64,000 bases of DNA, from the NCBI GenBank assembly GCA_031400695.1, contig JANNQI010000013.1, positions 188 through 64,187 on the forward strand, written 5' to 3'. A program made the position numbers and the translations under genes. Origin of the DNA: Sphingomonadales bacterium. Lineage in GTDB: Bacteria; Pseudomonadota; Alphaproteobacteria; Sphingomonadales; Sphingomonadaceae. Under the pieces are notes generated by a model, which had not been told where the DNA came from, did not search any database, and was given only the letters and a program-made list of their open reading frames with translations. Below, in pieces: positions 42,066 to 52,227 of this stretch (the stretch's first letter is position 1; every line of letters starts with the position of its first letter).

Positions 42066-43781
42066 ATGTTAAAAACAAAAAAGCGACGGTTACTGAGCCG
42101 ACGGTTTAGCCGGTCCGCCAACATGCTGCTGCTATCTATCATCGGCACATTATGTTGCGCGGTGGGGATTGTCGTTGCCGCCCATCTTTCTGTACGCGAA
42201 TTGGTTGAACAGCAAATCAAGCCAACCGAAATAGTGCACCGGATTACCGCGAACTACAACACAACCATTACGATATTGGTCAAATATGATGACGGTGTGA
42301 TGGATGCCAGCAGCGCGACAAGCGCACTGGATTCATTGATTGAGGCCGACAAGATGGCTTGGACATCGCTCGACCGCTATGTTGGCAGCAACCCCTCGCA
42401 AAAGTGGGTTGGGTTTATCGAGGCCCGGGCACCTGCCGATGCCGTCCGGCAAGAAATGAAGAAGCTGCTGGTCTCGCCTGATCGCGAATGGATTGCACCG
42501 TTCCGCACACGCGATTTGCAGTATCGAATTGCCGACATCGACAGCCAAGGGACGCAACTGCTGACCTATCTCGGTGAACGGGCGAGCCGTTTGCTGACGA
42601 TCATGCAGATCGTCTTTGCCCTGGCTTATGTGCTTGCCCTAGGCACCGCCTGTTGGGCTTTGTTGCTCGCCGGACGATTTAGACAATTGGTCAGGCAAGA
42701 TTTTTCCGAGCCAATGAACCGTATGATGGGTCTCGCGGCTCAGCGCAACGACGGCGAACTTGCGCCTTACTGGACCGATCTTTGGCGCCGCGATGAAATC
42801 GGGTCGATTGGCCGCGCAATTGCCAAAGGCCATCGGGAATCGCGCCGCGCCGCTATCGATCAGGAAGCGCGTCGGCAGAGCGAACTGGCCTTGCTCGAAC
42901 AACAATCGCAATTCGAGATGCAGCGGGTAAACCGTGCGCGGCTTGTCACCCAAAAAATCGAATCGCAGGAATTCGATCTCGGCCAACTGTCGTCCAGCCT
43001 GACCGCGGCGGCGCGCAGCATGCGCACTGCATCGTCCGAAATCCATGAGGAGGCACAGAGCACTCGCCAAAACATGACTGCGTCCGCCGCCTACGTCGAA
43101 CAGATATCGGTAACGATGGATGCCATCGCGAGCCGGGGGCAAGCACTGGTCGAATCGTTCAACGCGATCGAGGAGCTGGCGCAACGTGCAGAGGCAAGCG
43201 TGTCGACGCTTGCCCAATCGGGCGAAAAGGGCAGAAAAGTGTCGGCGACTCTGGTTAGCGAAAGTGCACAAACGGCGGCCATGGTATCGGCAATTACCGA
43301 ATTGGCGCGGCGAACCAATAGCCTTGCGATCAACGCGTCGATTGAGGCAGCGCGGCTTGATGATGGCGACGGCGGCTTTGCCGTGATTGCGCGCGAGGTC
43401 CGTATGCTCGCCAGCCAAAGTCAGGACGTGGCGCGTACCGCGAGCGAGAAACTGACCCAGATTGCCAGAAGTGCGGGCGAAACGGGTAGCTACATCAATG
43501 CCGTCGATGGTCAACTTTCGGACTTCATGGTCCAAAGCCGCGAAATCGCTGCTATTGTCGATCTGCAGGCGCAGTCTAACCGCGAGGTCATGGAGCAACT
43601 TGCCGAAATCCGTCTGGGTTATGACCGGCTTTGTGATACGATCACCAATATGTTTCAGTCGGCATCTGAAGCTGAAATCCGCGCAACCGAATTACTTGCA
43701 ATTTCAACCGATGTCATGGACCAGTCCGAGCAGGTCGGGCAGACGATAGATGCGCTGAAGAGCATTACCCATATTGCCTGA
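42066..43781 (+). CDS. Methyl-accepting chemotaxis protein
   Basis: Two N-terminal TM helices. Signalling hairpin TNSLAINASIEAARLDDGDGGFAVIAREVRMLA. Confidence 0.88.
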   Translation: MLKTKKRRLLSRRFSRSANMLLLSIIGTLCCAVGIVVAAHLSVRELVEQQIKPTEIVHRITANYNTTITILVKYDDGVMDASSATSALDSLIEADKMAWTSLDRYVGSNPSQKWVGFIEARAPADAVRQEMKKLLVSPDREWIAPFRTRDLQYRIADIDSQGTQLLTYLGERASRLLTIMQIVFALAYVLALGTACWALLLAGRFRQLVRQDFSEPMNRMMGLAAQRNDGELAPYWTDLWRRDEIGSIGRAIAKGHRESRRAAIDQEARRQSELALLEQQSQFEMQRVNRARLVTQKIESQEFDLGQLSSSLTAAARSMRTASSEIHEEAQSTRQNMTASAAYVEQISVTMDAIASRGQALVESFNAIEELAQRAEASVSTLAQSGEKGRKVSATLVSESAQTAAMVSAITELARRTNSLAINASIEAARLDDGDGGFAVIAREVRMLASQSQDVARTASEKLTQIARSAGETGSYINAVDGQLSDFMVQSREIAAIVDLQAQSNREVMEQLAEIRLGYDRLCDTITNMFQSASEAEIRATELLAISTDVMDQSEQVGQTIDALKSITHIA

Positions 43782-43802
43782 CCCGAACTGAGGAGTGGCG
43801 AT

Positions 43803-44483
43803 ATGCATGGGCAGATGACGAAAATGAAAATGGCCGACGGCGCGGAAATTGCCGTCTATCATGTCGAACCCGAGGGCGAGCGTCGGGGGGGTCTCGTTCT
43901 CATCCAGGAAATCTTCGGCGTAACCGACCATATTCGCGAGCTGTGCGACGAATATGCGGCGGACGGATTTGAAGTGCTGTCGCCGTCGATATTCGACCGC
44001 GAACATCCCGGTTTTGAGGCAGACTATACCGGTCCCGATTACAACCGCGCCGTCGAACTGGCGCGCGAACTGCATCCTTTTGTCGATTCATTGAAGGACG
44101 CGCAAACCTGCATCGATGCGCTCAAATCCAAAGGTCCGGTATTCATTACCGGCTATTGTTATGGCGGCTCGGTCGCATGGGCGATGGCGGGGGTCAGCGA
44201 CGATTTGGCAGCAGCATCCTGCTATTACGGTAGCTTGATCCCCACCATCTACGCCGACAAGCCGCCCAAATGCGCGACCATCGCTCATTTCGGCCGGTAT
44301 GACCAAGGCATCCCGATGGAAGGCGTCGAAGCGCTGATCGCGAAGAACCATCCGACCGCGCAGATATTCGTTTACGATGCAAACCACGGCTTTAATTCCG
44401 ACAGACGAAAGGATTATCACGAGCCAAGCGCGGAGCTGGCGCGCGATCGCACGATCGCGTTGTTCAAAGCATGTGCGGGATAA
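43803..44483 (+). CDS. Dienelactone hydrolase family protein
   Basis: LVLIQEIFGV and nucleophile motif GYCYGGS. Confidence 0.85.
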   Translation: MHGQMTKMKMADGAEIAVYHVEPEGERRGGLVLIQEIFGVTDHIRELCDEYAADGFEVLSPSIFDREHPGFEADYTGPDYNRAVELARELHPFVDSLKDAQTCIDALKSKGPVFITGYCYGGSVAWAMAGVSDDLAAASCYYGSLIPTIYADKPPKCATIAHFGRYDQGIPMEGVEALIAKNHPTAQIFVYDANHGFNSDRRKDYHEPSAELARDRTIALFKACAG

Positions 44484-45380
44484 CTACTCGTTTACCGCTT
44501 CGATCTCGTGGATACGGTGATAGTTCACAACGGTCACGTCTTCGTCACTGGTATCGATGATATCGCAATAACGGTGGTTCCAGACAATATCGTCATAGGA
44601 ATAGATCCGGCGCGACCGCACAGTCTGTGCGGCGTTCTCGTCATAACCACTGATTGACAGGACAATTCCTGCCTTGGCTTCGCGCAGATCGGCTTCGGAT
44701 AGGCCGAACATCGGGCTATCGACATCGATGATGTGGAAAATACCCCAGCTCAGCACGAACATGGGGTTTTCGCGGCGGAGGAGGTCCATTTCGTAAAACC
44801 GGCGCAACGTGGCACCTTCCGCGGTTCGTATGTTACGCATAAACCATAGGGTGGCCGACGCATCGCATATCATGTTGGTGCGTTCATTGGCGACGCGCAG
44901 CATCAGCGCGGGGGCACCATCGTGGTTAGATATTACGAGAAGGTCGGCAAAAAGGATCCGGGCGCGGGGCTGTGAAAAGCGGGCGAAAATCAAACCGGTC
45001 AGGAGGGCGACGCTGAACAGCCCGACAAAGGTTTCGGCGCTCGCAATAAAATGGCCGTATGGCGTTTGCGGGTGCATATCGCCGTAACCGACGCTCGCCA
45101 TCGTTTCGATGCTGAAAAAGAAATAGTTTATCCAGCCGTGCGGACGCGTGTTCGAAATGCTATCGGGGCTAAGCGAATAGAGGATGCCGAATGCTAGATT
45201 GAGCGCGACGAACGCCGCCGCTGTCAATCCGATGAATTTGGGCCAGGAAACGGTCAGGCTGGCATGGTAGATATCCTGCGACAAACCGCCGCGCAAACCG
45301 CGCGCAACGATTTCGCGTCCGCCGAGTGTGATGCGGCGTTGTTTCACGTCGTCGGAGGCGGCTGATTTGGCGTTTGACAT
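44484..45380 (-). CDS. Inward-rectifier-type potassium channel (KirBac-like)
   Basis: Selectivity filter TMASVGYGD, two TM helices, and a C-terminal Ig-like cytoplasmic domain. ATG follows ggggagaaag. Confidence 0.85.
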   Translation of the reverse strand: MSNAKSAASDDVKQRRITLGGREIVARGLRGGLSQDIYHASLTVSWPKFIGLTAAAFVALNLAFGILYSLSPDSISNTRPHGWINYFFFSIETMASVGYGDMHPQTPYGHFIASAETFVGLFSVALLTGLIFARFSQPRARILFADLLVISNHDGAPALMLRVANERTNMICDASATLWFMRNIRTAEGATLRRFYEMDLLRRENPMFVLSWGIFHIIDVDSPMFGLSEADLREAKAGIVLSISGYDENAAQTVRSRRIYSYDDIVWNHRYCDIIDTSDEDVTVVNYHRIHEIEAVNE

Positions 45381-45686
45381 CTTTCTCCCCTGCAACACGG
45401 GTTAGCGCGCCATCGCCAGTATTTCAAACCGCTTTGCTGCAAGTGTCGATAAACTTGGCCCTACACCCTCCTTAATTGCATATTGGTCGAATGTCCGTTG
45501 CCAGCGCCTCTCGCCCTGCATCGGTATTCGCCGCCGCGATGCAATTGCCGCCGTCGGTAAGGCTGTTCGGGGTGCGACGTGGTCTCAACTTTGCAAAGCC
45601 GGCCGACAGTCTTTGAAAGCAAGTTTCGGGACGCGGGCGATTCGCCTCGGCGCTATTCAGGTATCCGTTCAACAAGGAGCCGGAAT

Positions 45687-46154
45687 ATGAGCTATCGAAT
45701 TACTGGATTGGACCGCGAACTATTTGCCGGATTATTCGACATGGATGATGCCGCGTTAGCCGAAAAGGGCGCGATACGCGTGACCGCCGGTGCCGACAAG
45801 GGCTGGCCATGCCGGATCAGTCTAGAGGATGCCAAGGCCGGCGAGGAGTTGATCCTGCTCAACCATGTCAGCCATGATGTGGAGACACCCTATCGTTCAG
45901 CCTATGCTATATATCTGCGGCGAAGTGCTAGCGATACGGCGAAATATGTCGATGAAACTCCGCCAGTCTTCGAAGGTAGGCCGATGGCGTTTCGCGCCTT
46001 CGACTGCGAAGGCATGCTCCGCATCGCTGCTTTGGCTTTGCCGGGGCAGGCCGACGCGAAAATTCGTGAACTGTTCGCAAGCGACGAAATCGCCTATATC
46101 CATGCCCACAATGCCGCACATGGCTGCTTTTCGGCCAAGGTGGAGCGCGCGTAA
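45687..46154 (+). CDS. DUF1203 protein
   Basis: MSYRITGLDRELFAGLF...GWPCRISLEDAKAGEELILLNH (family name from memory). Confidence 0.65.
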   Translation: MSYRITGLDRELFAGLFDMDDAALAEKGAIRVTAGADKGWPCRISLEDAKAGEELILLNHVSHDVETPYRSAYAIYLRRSASDTAKYVDETPPVFEGRPMAFRAFDCEGMLRIAALALPGQADAKIRELFASDEIAYIHAHNAAHGCFSAKVERA

Positions 46155-47203
46155 TGCTGGAGATGAACGTGGACCGACAAAGCGCCGTCGATGCTGACTG
46201 GGCTTTCGATGCCTTCGACCGGCGCGACCGGTCGCTTGACGGGCAATTTGTCGGGGCGGTCAAAACTACCGGGATTTACTGCAAGCCGAGTTGCCCGGCG
46301 CGGCGGCCGTTGCGGCAGAATGTGGAATTCTTTTGGACAGCGTCCGAAGCAATCGCGGCTGGCTATAGGTCGTGTATGCGTTGCAAGCCGGATGAGGTCG
46401 GGCGTGACCGTGAGGCAGTTGCTGCAGCACTCAAACTGATTGAAGGGGCGGAGGATGCGCTGTCGTTAGAAGAACTGGCGGACGCGGTGGGCTATGCACC
46501 GCATCATTTTCACCGCCTGTTCAAACGCGATACGGGAGTGACGCCTGCGACCTATGCACGTTCACTTCGGGCGCGACGCGCAGCGGTAGCTCTTCACGGC
46601 AAAGGCAATGTCACCGACGCGATTTACGAAGCAGGCTATTCGGGACCAAGCCGCTTTTACGCAAACACGAAGGGACATTTGGGTATGACACCGTCGGCGT
46701 GGAAAAATGGCGGGACGGGGGTGACTATCCGCTGGGCGGTTGTCGATACCGTCCTCGGCAAGATGTTACTCGCCGCGACCGATAAAGGCATTTGCCGCCT
46801 GTCGTTCGATGAAGACGAGAGCGCACTGGCGCAGCGTTTTCCCAAGGCGGATATTGTTGCGGGCGGCGCGGCGTTGGAAGAACTGGTCACAGGCGCGATT
46901 GCAGCAATCGAGCATCCGGCGCAGATGCCTGACCTGCCGCTGGATGTGGCAGGCACGGCATTCCAGCAGGCGATCTGGAACGAACTTCGACGGATTCCTG
47001 CAGGCGAAACGCGGACTTATGCCGATATCGCGGCCGCCGTTGGCAAACCCAAAGCGGTGCGCGCCGCAGGTTCGGCGAACGGCGCGAACAACGTCGCCGT
47101 CCTCATCCCCTGCCACCGTGTCATCCGAACCGATGGGACCCTGGGCGGCTATGCCTACGGCCTCCATCGCAAAGAAAAACTGCTTAACGCCGAAAGAACT
47201 TAG
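46154..47203 (+). CDS. ada: Bifunctional Ada: AraC-type activator / O6-methylguanine-DNA methyltransferase
   Basis: N-terminal Zn-Cys region (CKPSCPARRP...CMRCKP), AraC HTH (HHFHRLFKRDTGVTP), and C-terminal IPCHRVI active site. Confidence 0.9.
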   Translation: MLEMNVDRQSAVDADWAFDAFDRRDRSLDGQFVGAVKTTGIYCKPSCPARRPLRQNVEFFWTASEAIAAGYRSCMRCKPDEVGRDREAVAAALKLIEGAEDALSLEELADAVGYAPHHFHRLFKRDTGVTPATYARSLRARRAAVALHGKGNVTDAIYEAGYSGPSRFYANTKGHLGMTPSAWKNGGTGVTIRWAVVDTVLGKMLLAATDKGICRLSFDEDESALAQRFPKADIVAGGAALEELVTGAIAAIEHPAQMPDLPLDVAGTAFQQAIWNELRRIPAGETRTYADIAAAVGKPKAVRAAGSANGANNVAVLIPCHRVIRTDGTLGGYAYGLHRKEKLLNAERT

Positions 47204-47402
47204 CCTTCGATAATTTGTGCCTAAACAAACAGTTGGCAATTTGTCCCAAAACTGGACCGACCTGATTTGGCGACGAAATATTGGTTAATCCTAACGGACT
47301 GTTCACCCTTTTTCGCCATAACAAAGTCCAATCTGCGACAGTTTCCGGCGCGCCAATGGGGGCGGGGCCGTTTGATTCGTCGCAGTCAAAGAGGACTGGG
47401 CG

Positions 47403-48047
47403 ATGAAGAACGCGTTGAAAATCAAGTTGATGCTTGCACTTGGTTCGAGTGCAGCGGCCTTGACCGGATGCGGATCCATTGCGGGCGGTCCCGAACTGCC
47501 ACAAGCACCGACCGTATCGGTCCGCGAAGGCCCCGGCGAAGACTACATGATCGGCCCGCTCGACCAACTGACCATCTTTGTGTGGCGTAATCCCGAGCTT
47601 GGCGCAAAAGTGCAGGTGCGTCCTGATGGCCGCATCACCACGCCGCTGATTACGGATATGCCCGCGGTCGGCAAAACGCCGACAATGCTGGCGCAGGATA
47701 TCAAGCTGCAGTTGTCGCAATATATCAATGATCCGATCGTGTCGGTCATCGTCAACGAATTTGCAGGCACCACTTCGCAGCAGGTACGCATCGTCGGTGC
47801 TACCGAGAAGCCAGCGTCTATTCCGTACCGCGCCAACATGACCGTACTAGACGCGATGATCGCGGTCGGCGGACTATCGGAATATGCCGCAGGCAACAAG
47901 GCGCGGCTCATCCGTTCCAACAAAGGCACCGGCGCGCAGAAGGAATATTCGCTTCGCCTCGGCGACCTGCTGAAGCGCGGCGACAGCAAGGCGAATGTCC
48001 TGCTCCAGCCCGGCGATGTCATCATCATTCCGGAAAGCATGTTCTAG
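47403..48047 (+). CDS. Polysaccharide export lipoprotein (Wza-like; PEP-CTERM locus type)
   Basis: Lipobox LTGC. Poly_export motif PLDQLTIFVWRNPEL...VRPDGRITTPLI. Confidence 0.85.
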   Translation: MKNALKIKLMLALGSSAAALTGCGSIAGGPELPQAPTVSVREGPGEDYMIGPLDQLTIFVWRNPELGAKVQVRPDGRITTPLITDMPAVGKTPTMLAQDIKLQLSQYINDPIVSVIVNEFAGTTSQQVRIVGATEKPASIPYRANMTVLDAMIAVGGLSEYAAGNKARLIRSNKGTGAQKEYSLRLGDLLKRGDSKANVLLQPGDVIIIPESMF

Positions 48048-48050
48048 AAG

Positions 48051-49553
48051 ATGACTTCGCTTTATGACGAGTTCCGGATTGCCGTCCACAGCGTGTGGAA
48101 CCGTCGCTGGCTGGCGCTCGCGGTGGCTTGGGGCGTGTGCCTGCTGGGCTGGCTGGTTGTCTCTTTGATCCCCAACAAATATGAATCGAAGGCACAGATT
48201 CAGGTGCGCACCCAGTCGATGCTATCTGATCAGGTCGGTATCAATTCGCAAGACCAGCGCCGTAACATCCAGCAACTCGCACAGACGCTTACCTCGTCGG
48301 CAAATCTCGCCAAAGTCGTGCGTGGCACGGACTTGGGCGCTAGCGTCGCGACCGATGCCGAACTTGCCGGAAAAATAGAGGGCCTTCGCGCGAATATCGA
48401 AGTCAAAGCAGAGCAAGATGACTTCTTTGCAATCAGCGCCAAGCTGCCAAGCGGCAAGCTGGCGCGCGATGTCGTGCAGAAACTGATCGATGTTGCCGAG
48501 GAAGACAGTATTGCGGGCGACCGCAAGGAAACCAGCCAGACGCTTCGTTTCCTCGATGCCCAGATCGAAAGTCGTCAGAAAGAATTGTCGGAGGCTGAAG
48601 CCAAGCGCGTCGCGTACGAAACGCAAAATCTTGGCTTGCTGCCTGGCGTTGGTTCTGTGTCGCAGCGGATAGAAGCCTCGCGAGCTGAACTGAGCCAGAT
48701 CGATTCGCAACTCATCCAGGCGCGGAGCGCGCTTGCCGCGCTGAATGGCCAGCTTGCCGGAACCCCGGCCTCTTTGAACAGCACGTCGATGGGTGGTGGT
48801 GCGCCGAGTGCATTGGGTCAGGCGCAGGGCGAGCTCGCTTCAATGCGTGCGCGCGGCTTTACCGATAGCCATCCCGATGTCGTCGCGATCAAGAACCAGA
48901 TTGCCAATTTGCGCTCCGCAGGTGGCGAATCGTCGGGCGGTGGCGGTTACCGCACGCCGAACCCTGCGTATAGCTCGCTCCAGTCGATGCGCGCCGAGCG
49001 CGAGGCGGCCGTTACGGCGCTCAATGCGCGCAAGAATGCGCTCCAATCGGATATGGCGGCACTTGCGGCAAAGCAGACCGCCGAACCGGGCGTTGCTGCC
49101 GAGTATCAACGCATTAACCGCGACTATGAAGTGCTGAAAACGCAATATGACAAGCTGGTCACTGAGCGCGACCAGATCCGTTTGCGCGGCCAAGTTGAAA
49201 CCCAGACCGACGCCATTCAGTTCCGCGTGGTCAAGGAACCTTCGCTGTCGAACGTACCCGCCGTGCCAAATCGGCCGTTGCTGCTCGCCGCCGTCCTGAT
49301 TGCAGGCATCGGTGCAGGAATTGGTTCCGCGTTTGCCTTGGGACATTTGTGGACCAGCTTCCCGACGGCGGCAAAGTTGGAACGTGCCAGTGGCCTGCCC
49401 GTGATCGGATCGATTTCACAGATGCTGACCGGCGAACAGCGGGTGCAGCGCAAACAGAAGATGAAGCTGTTCTATGGCGCGTCAGCCGGGCTGGTCGCAG
49501 TGTGCGCAGTGCTGCTGGTCGCCGAATTTGTCCAGCGCGGACTGACGGCTTGA
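48051..49553 (+). CDS. Polysaccharide chain-length determinant (Wzz-like; PEP-CTERM locus type)
   Basis: N- and C-terminal TM helices flank a long coiled-coil. Position between the export and kinase genes. Confidence 0.8.
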   Translation: MTSLYDEFRIAVHSVWNRRWLALAVAWGVCLLGWLVVSLIPNKYESKAQIQVRTQSMLSDQVGINSQDQRRNIQQLAQTLTSSANLAKVVRGTDLGASVATDAELAGKIEGLRANIEVKAEQDDFFAISAKLPSGKLARDVVQKLIDVAEEDSIAGDRKETSQTLRFLDAQIESRQKELSEAEAKRVAYETQNLGLLPGVGSVSQRIEASRAELSQIDSQLIQARSALAALNGQLAGTPASLNSTSMGGGAPSALGQAQGELASMRARGFTDSHPDVVAIKNQIANLRSAGGESSGGGGYRTPNPAYSSLQSMRAEREAAVTALNARKNALQSDMAALAAKQTAEPGVAAEYQRINRDYEVLKTQYDKLVTERDQIRLRGQVETQTDAIQFRVVKEPSLSNVPAVPNRPLLLAAVLIAGIGAGIGSAFALGHLWTSFPTAAKLERASGLPVIGSISQMLTGEQRVQRKQKMKLFYGASAGLVAVCAVLLVAEFVQRGLTA

Positions 49554-49566
49554 AGGGGCAAATTAA

Positions 49567-50502
49567 ATGAACAAGCATAGCTCCATCAAATCCTCCGGCT
49601 CGCTCGTCGAGCGCGCAGCCGAACTGTACGATTTCGGTGCTGCGCTTCGCGGTAATAATGCTCCGGTCATTCCGGCAGAGCAGCCGGTCGCTGCCGTTCC
49701 GGTTGCGCCCGCGACTACGGCCTATGCCCCTTCGATGCAACCGCGCGCGCATCATTCGGCGTCGACACGCGTAGCAGAAATCAATCGCGAACGACTGGCG
49801 GCACACAATTTCATCGTGCCCGATGGCGCGGTCACCGGACTTTCGGAGGAATTCCGCATTGTCAAAAGACAGCTTTTGCTCGCGGCGCGCGGCGGCAAGG
49901 GCGTAGACGCTGTTCCCCATGGCGAACGTATATTGGTCTGTTCCGCAAACCCCGATGAAGGCAAGACTTATTGCGCGATCAATTTGGCGCTGTCGATGGC
50001 GAGCGAGAAAGACAATCGTGTCCTACTGGTCGATGCGGATTTTGCGAAGCCCAGCGTGCTGTCAACGCTCGGCATAGAAAGCAGCCCCGGTTTCATGGAC
50101 GCGCTCGCGGACGATAAAGTCGAGGCGGAAAGTTTCATCATCGAAACCGATATCGAGGGGCTATCAATCCTTCCTGCCGGAACACGGACGAACCAGGATA
50201 CTGAATATCTGGCAGCAGCGCGCACCGCGCAGATTATCGACGACCTGACCCGGAACGACCCATCACGGATCATTATTTTTGATTCGCCGCCCGCGCTTGC
50301 AGCATCGCCAGCTTCGGTGTTGGCGCTGCATGTCGGGCAGGTGCTGATGATAGTCCACGCTGACGAAACCACGGATAGTGCGCTGCATGATGCACTGGGT
50401 CTTTTAAGCGGCTGCGAGCATGTGCAGCTTCTCCTTAATCGCGCGAAATTCTCCCCAACTGGACGCAAGTTCGGAAATTACTACGGATATGGAGCATCAT
50501 GA
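49567..50502 (+). CDS. Tyrosine-autokinase-like P-loop ATPase (PEP-CTERM locus type)
   Basis: ILVCSANPDEGKTYCAINLALSMA P-loop and LLVDADFAKPS. Confidence 0.8.
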   Translation: MNKHSSIKSSGSLVERAAELYDFGAALRGNNAPVIPAEQPVAAVPVAPATTAYAPSMQPRAHHSASTRVAEINRERLAAHNFIVPDGAVTGLSEEFRIVKRQLLLAARGGKGVDAVPHGERILVCSANPDEGKTYCAINLALSMASEKDNRVLLVDADFAKPSVLSTLGIESSPGFMDALADDKVEAESFIIETDIEGLSILPAGTRTNQDTEYLAAARTAQIIDDLTRNDPSRIIIFDSPPALAASPASVLALHVGQVLMIVHADETTDSALHDALGLLSGCEHVQLLLNRAKFSPTGRKFGNYYGYGAS

Positions 50503-52217
50503 TGCCCACAACGGTTCTCAAATTCATTCTGCTGGCGGGCGTGGCCTTTGCGCCGCTGCCAGCGAGCGCCCAGCAGATTGCTTCCGATTGGTCGCCGATG
50601 GATGACGCCTATGGCAGTTCCGAAGATACGGCCCCGCTGGAGGCAGCCCCGGCCCAGAAACGTAGTCGCGGTGGCGACAAGCGGGAAGGTCCACGGGTTG
50701 AAGTCACGCCGTATATTGAAGCGACGCAGGTTATATTTGCCAATCTCAAAAATGGTGGCGATGTACTTACCTACTCGACAGTAGCCGCTGGCGTCGATGC
50801 TTCCATCGCAACGCGCCGTGCCGAAGCTCAGGTTAGCCTGCGTTATGAGCGGTTGATTGGATATGATAACGACGTTGAAGATCAGGATATCGTCACTGGC
50901 CTCGCCCGCGGGTCGGTCGCGCTTACCCGTAATTTCAGCTTGGAGGCGGGCGGCGTTGCGTCTCGCGCAAGCGTTGACGGGCGTGGGGCAGGGACTCTCA
51001 ATTCACTTGGCAACGCCGACAATGTGACTCAGGTCTATTCGGTCTATGGCGGTCCGACGTTCACGACGCAGGCGGGCGACCTGAGTGTCAATGCCGCCTA
51101 TCGCGCTGGCTACACAAAGGTCGAAAGCAAGGACAATGTGGTTTTGCCTGCCGGCCAGCAGCGTTTCGATCAGTTTGACGACAGCGTCAGCCAGCTTGCG
51201 ACCGCATCGGTCGGTATGCAGCCCGGAACATTGCCCTTTGGCTGGGCCGTGAGTGGCAGTTGGGAACGCGAAGATGCGGGCCAGTTGGACACGCGCTTCG
51301 ACGGTAAATATGCGCGCGCCGATGCGACGGTTCCGGTGACCCCAACATTCGCACTGGTTGGCGGTGTTGGCTATGAAGATATCGAAATTTCGGAACGCGA
51401 TGCGCTTCGCGATGCAGGCGGAGTTCCAATAGTTGGTAGCAACGGACGTCTGGTTACGGATCCGGCGTCGCCTCGACTTGTCGCATATCAGGAAGACGGC
51501 CTGATCTGGGATGCGGGCGTGCTCTGGCGGCCAAGCCCGCGCACATCGGTGGAGGCACGTTATGGTCGCCGTTATGGCACTGATACTTATATTGGAAGTC
51601 TGAGCTACCAGCCAGGGCGCGACTGGGCGATCAACGTCTCGGTCTATGATCAGGTCACTGGCTTCGGCGGTTTTGTCAATGACAGCCTCGCCGCTTTGCC
51701 AACCCAGTTTCGTAGTTCGCGCAATCCGCTTTCGGGCGATATCGGTGGTTGTGCATTTGGCCAGTCCGGGGGCTTCTGTCTAAATGACGCTTTGCAGAAC
51801 GCACCGTCTACTGCATTCCGGCAGCGCGGCGTAACGGCTTCGTTCAGTGGCACCAACGGCGGCTGGGACAGCGGCTTTGCAGTCGGCTACAACCAACGCA
51901 AATTTATCGCTTCGCAGCTTGGCGCCCAAGCACAGGTCGATGGCGTGAAAGACGAAAATTATTTCGCAGTTGCTTCTCTGGGTACCGATATCGACCGGCG
52001 TATGCGATTTGAATCGAACGTCTATATGAACTATTTCGATCCGGGTTTCTTGAGTGCCGGCGATGTGTTGCAAACCGGCGCGAACGCCGCGCTCTATCGC
52101 CAGATCATTCGAGGGCTTTCGGCGTCCGCTGCAGTCGGGCTCGACAGCTACAAGCAGGAAGATTTCGACGGCGAGCTAACCGCTTCGGCGCTGCTCGGCC
52201 TGCGGTATAGTTTCTAG
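50499..52217 (+). CDS. Outer-membrane beta-barrel protein of PEP-CTERM loci
   Basis: Signal peptide, alternating beta-strand pattern, and a C-terminal ...LGLRYSF. Confidence 0.7.
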   Translation: MMPTTVLKFILLAGVAFAPLPASAQQIASDWSPMDDAYGSSEDTAPLEAAPAQKRSRGGDKREGPRVEVTPYIEATQVIFANLKNGGDVLTYSTVAAGVDASIATRRAEAQVSLRYERLIGYDNDVEDQDIVTGLARGSVALTRNFSLEAGGVASRASVDGRGAGTLNSLGNADNVTQVYSVYGGPTFTTQAGDLSVNAAYRAGYTKVESKDNVVLPAGQQRFDQFDDSVSQLATASVGMQPGTLPFGWAVSGSWEREDAGQLDTRFDGKYARADATVPVTPTFALVGGVGYEDIEISERDALRDAGGVPIVGSNGRLVTDPASPRLVAYQEDGLIWDAGVLWRPSPRTSVEARYGRRYGTDTYIGSLSYQPGRDWAINVSVYDQVTGFGGFVNDSLAALPTQFRSSRNPLSGDIGGCAFGQSGGFCLNDALQNAPSTAFRQRGVTASFSGTNGGWDSGFAVGYNQRKFIASQLGAQAQVDGVKDENYFAVASLGTDIDRRMRFESNVYMNYFDPGFLSAGDVLQTGANAALYRQIIRGLSASAAVGLDSYKQEDFDGELTASALLGLRYSF

Positions 52218-52227
52218 GGGGCAATTT

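Noticed and set aside
42639-43598. 319-aa minus-strand ORF
   Set aside because: It is antisense to the methyl-accepting chemotaxis protein gene, which carries the conserved signalling hairpin. There is no motif support.
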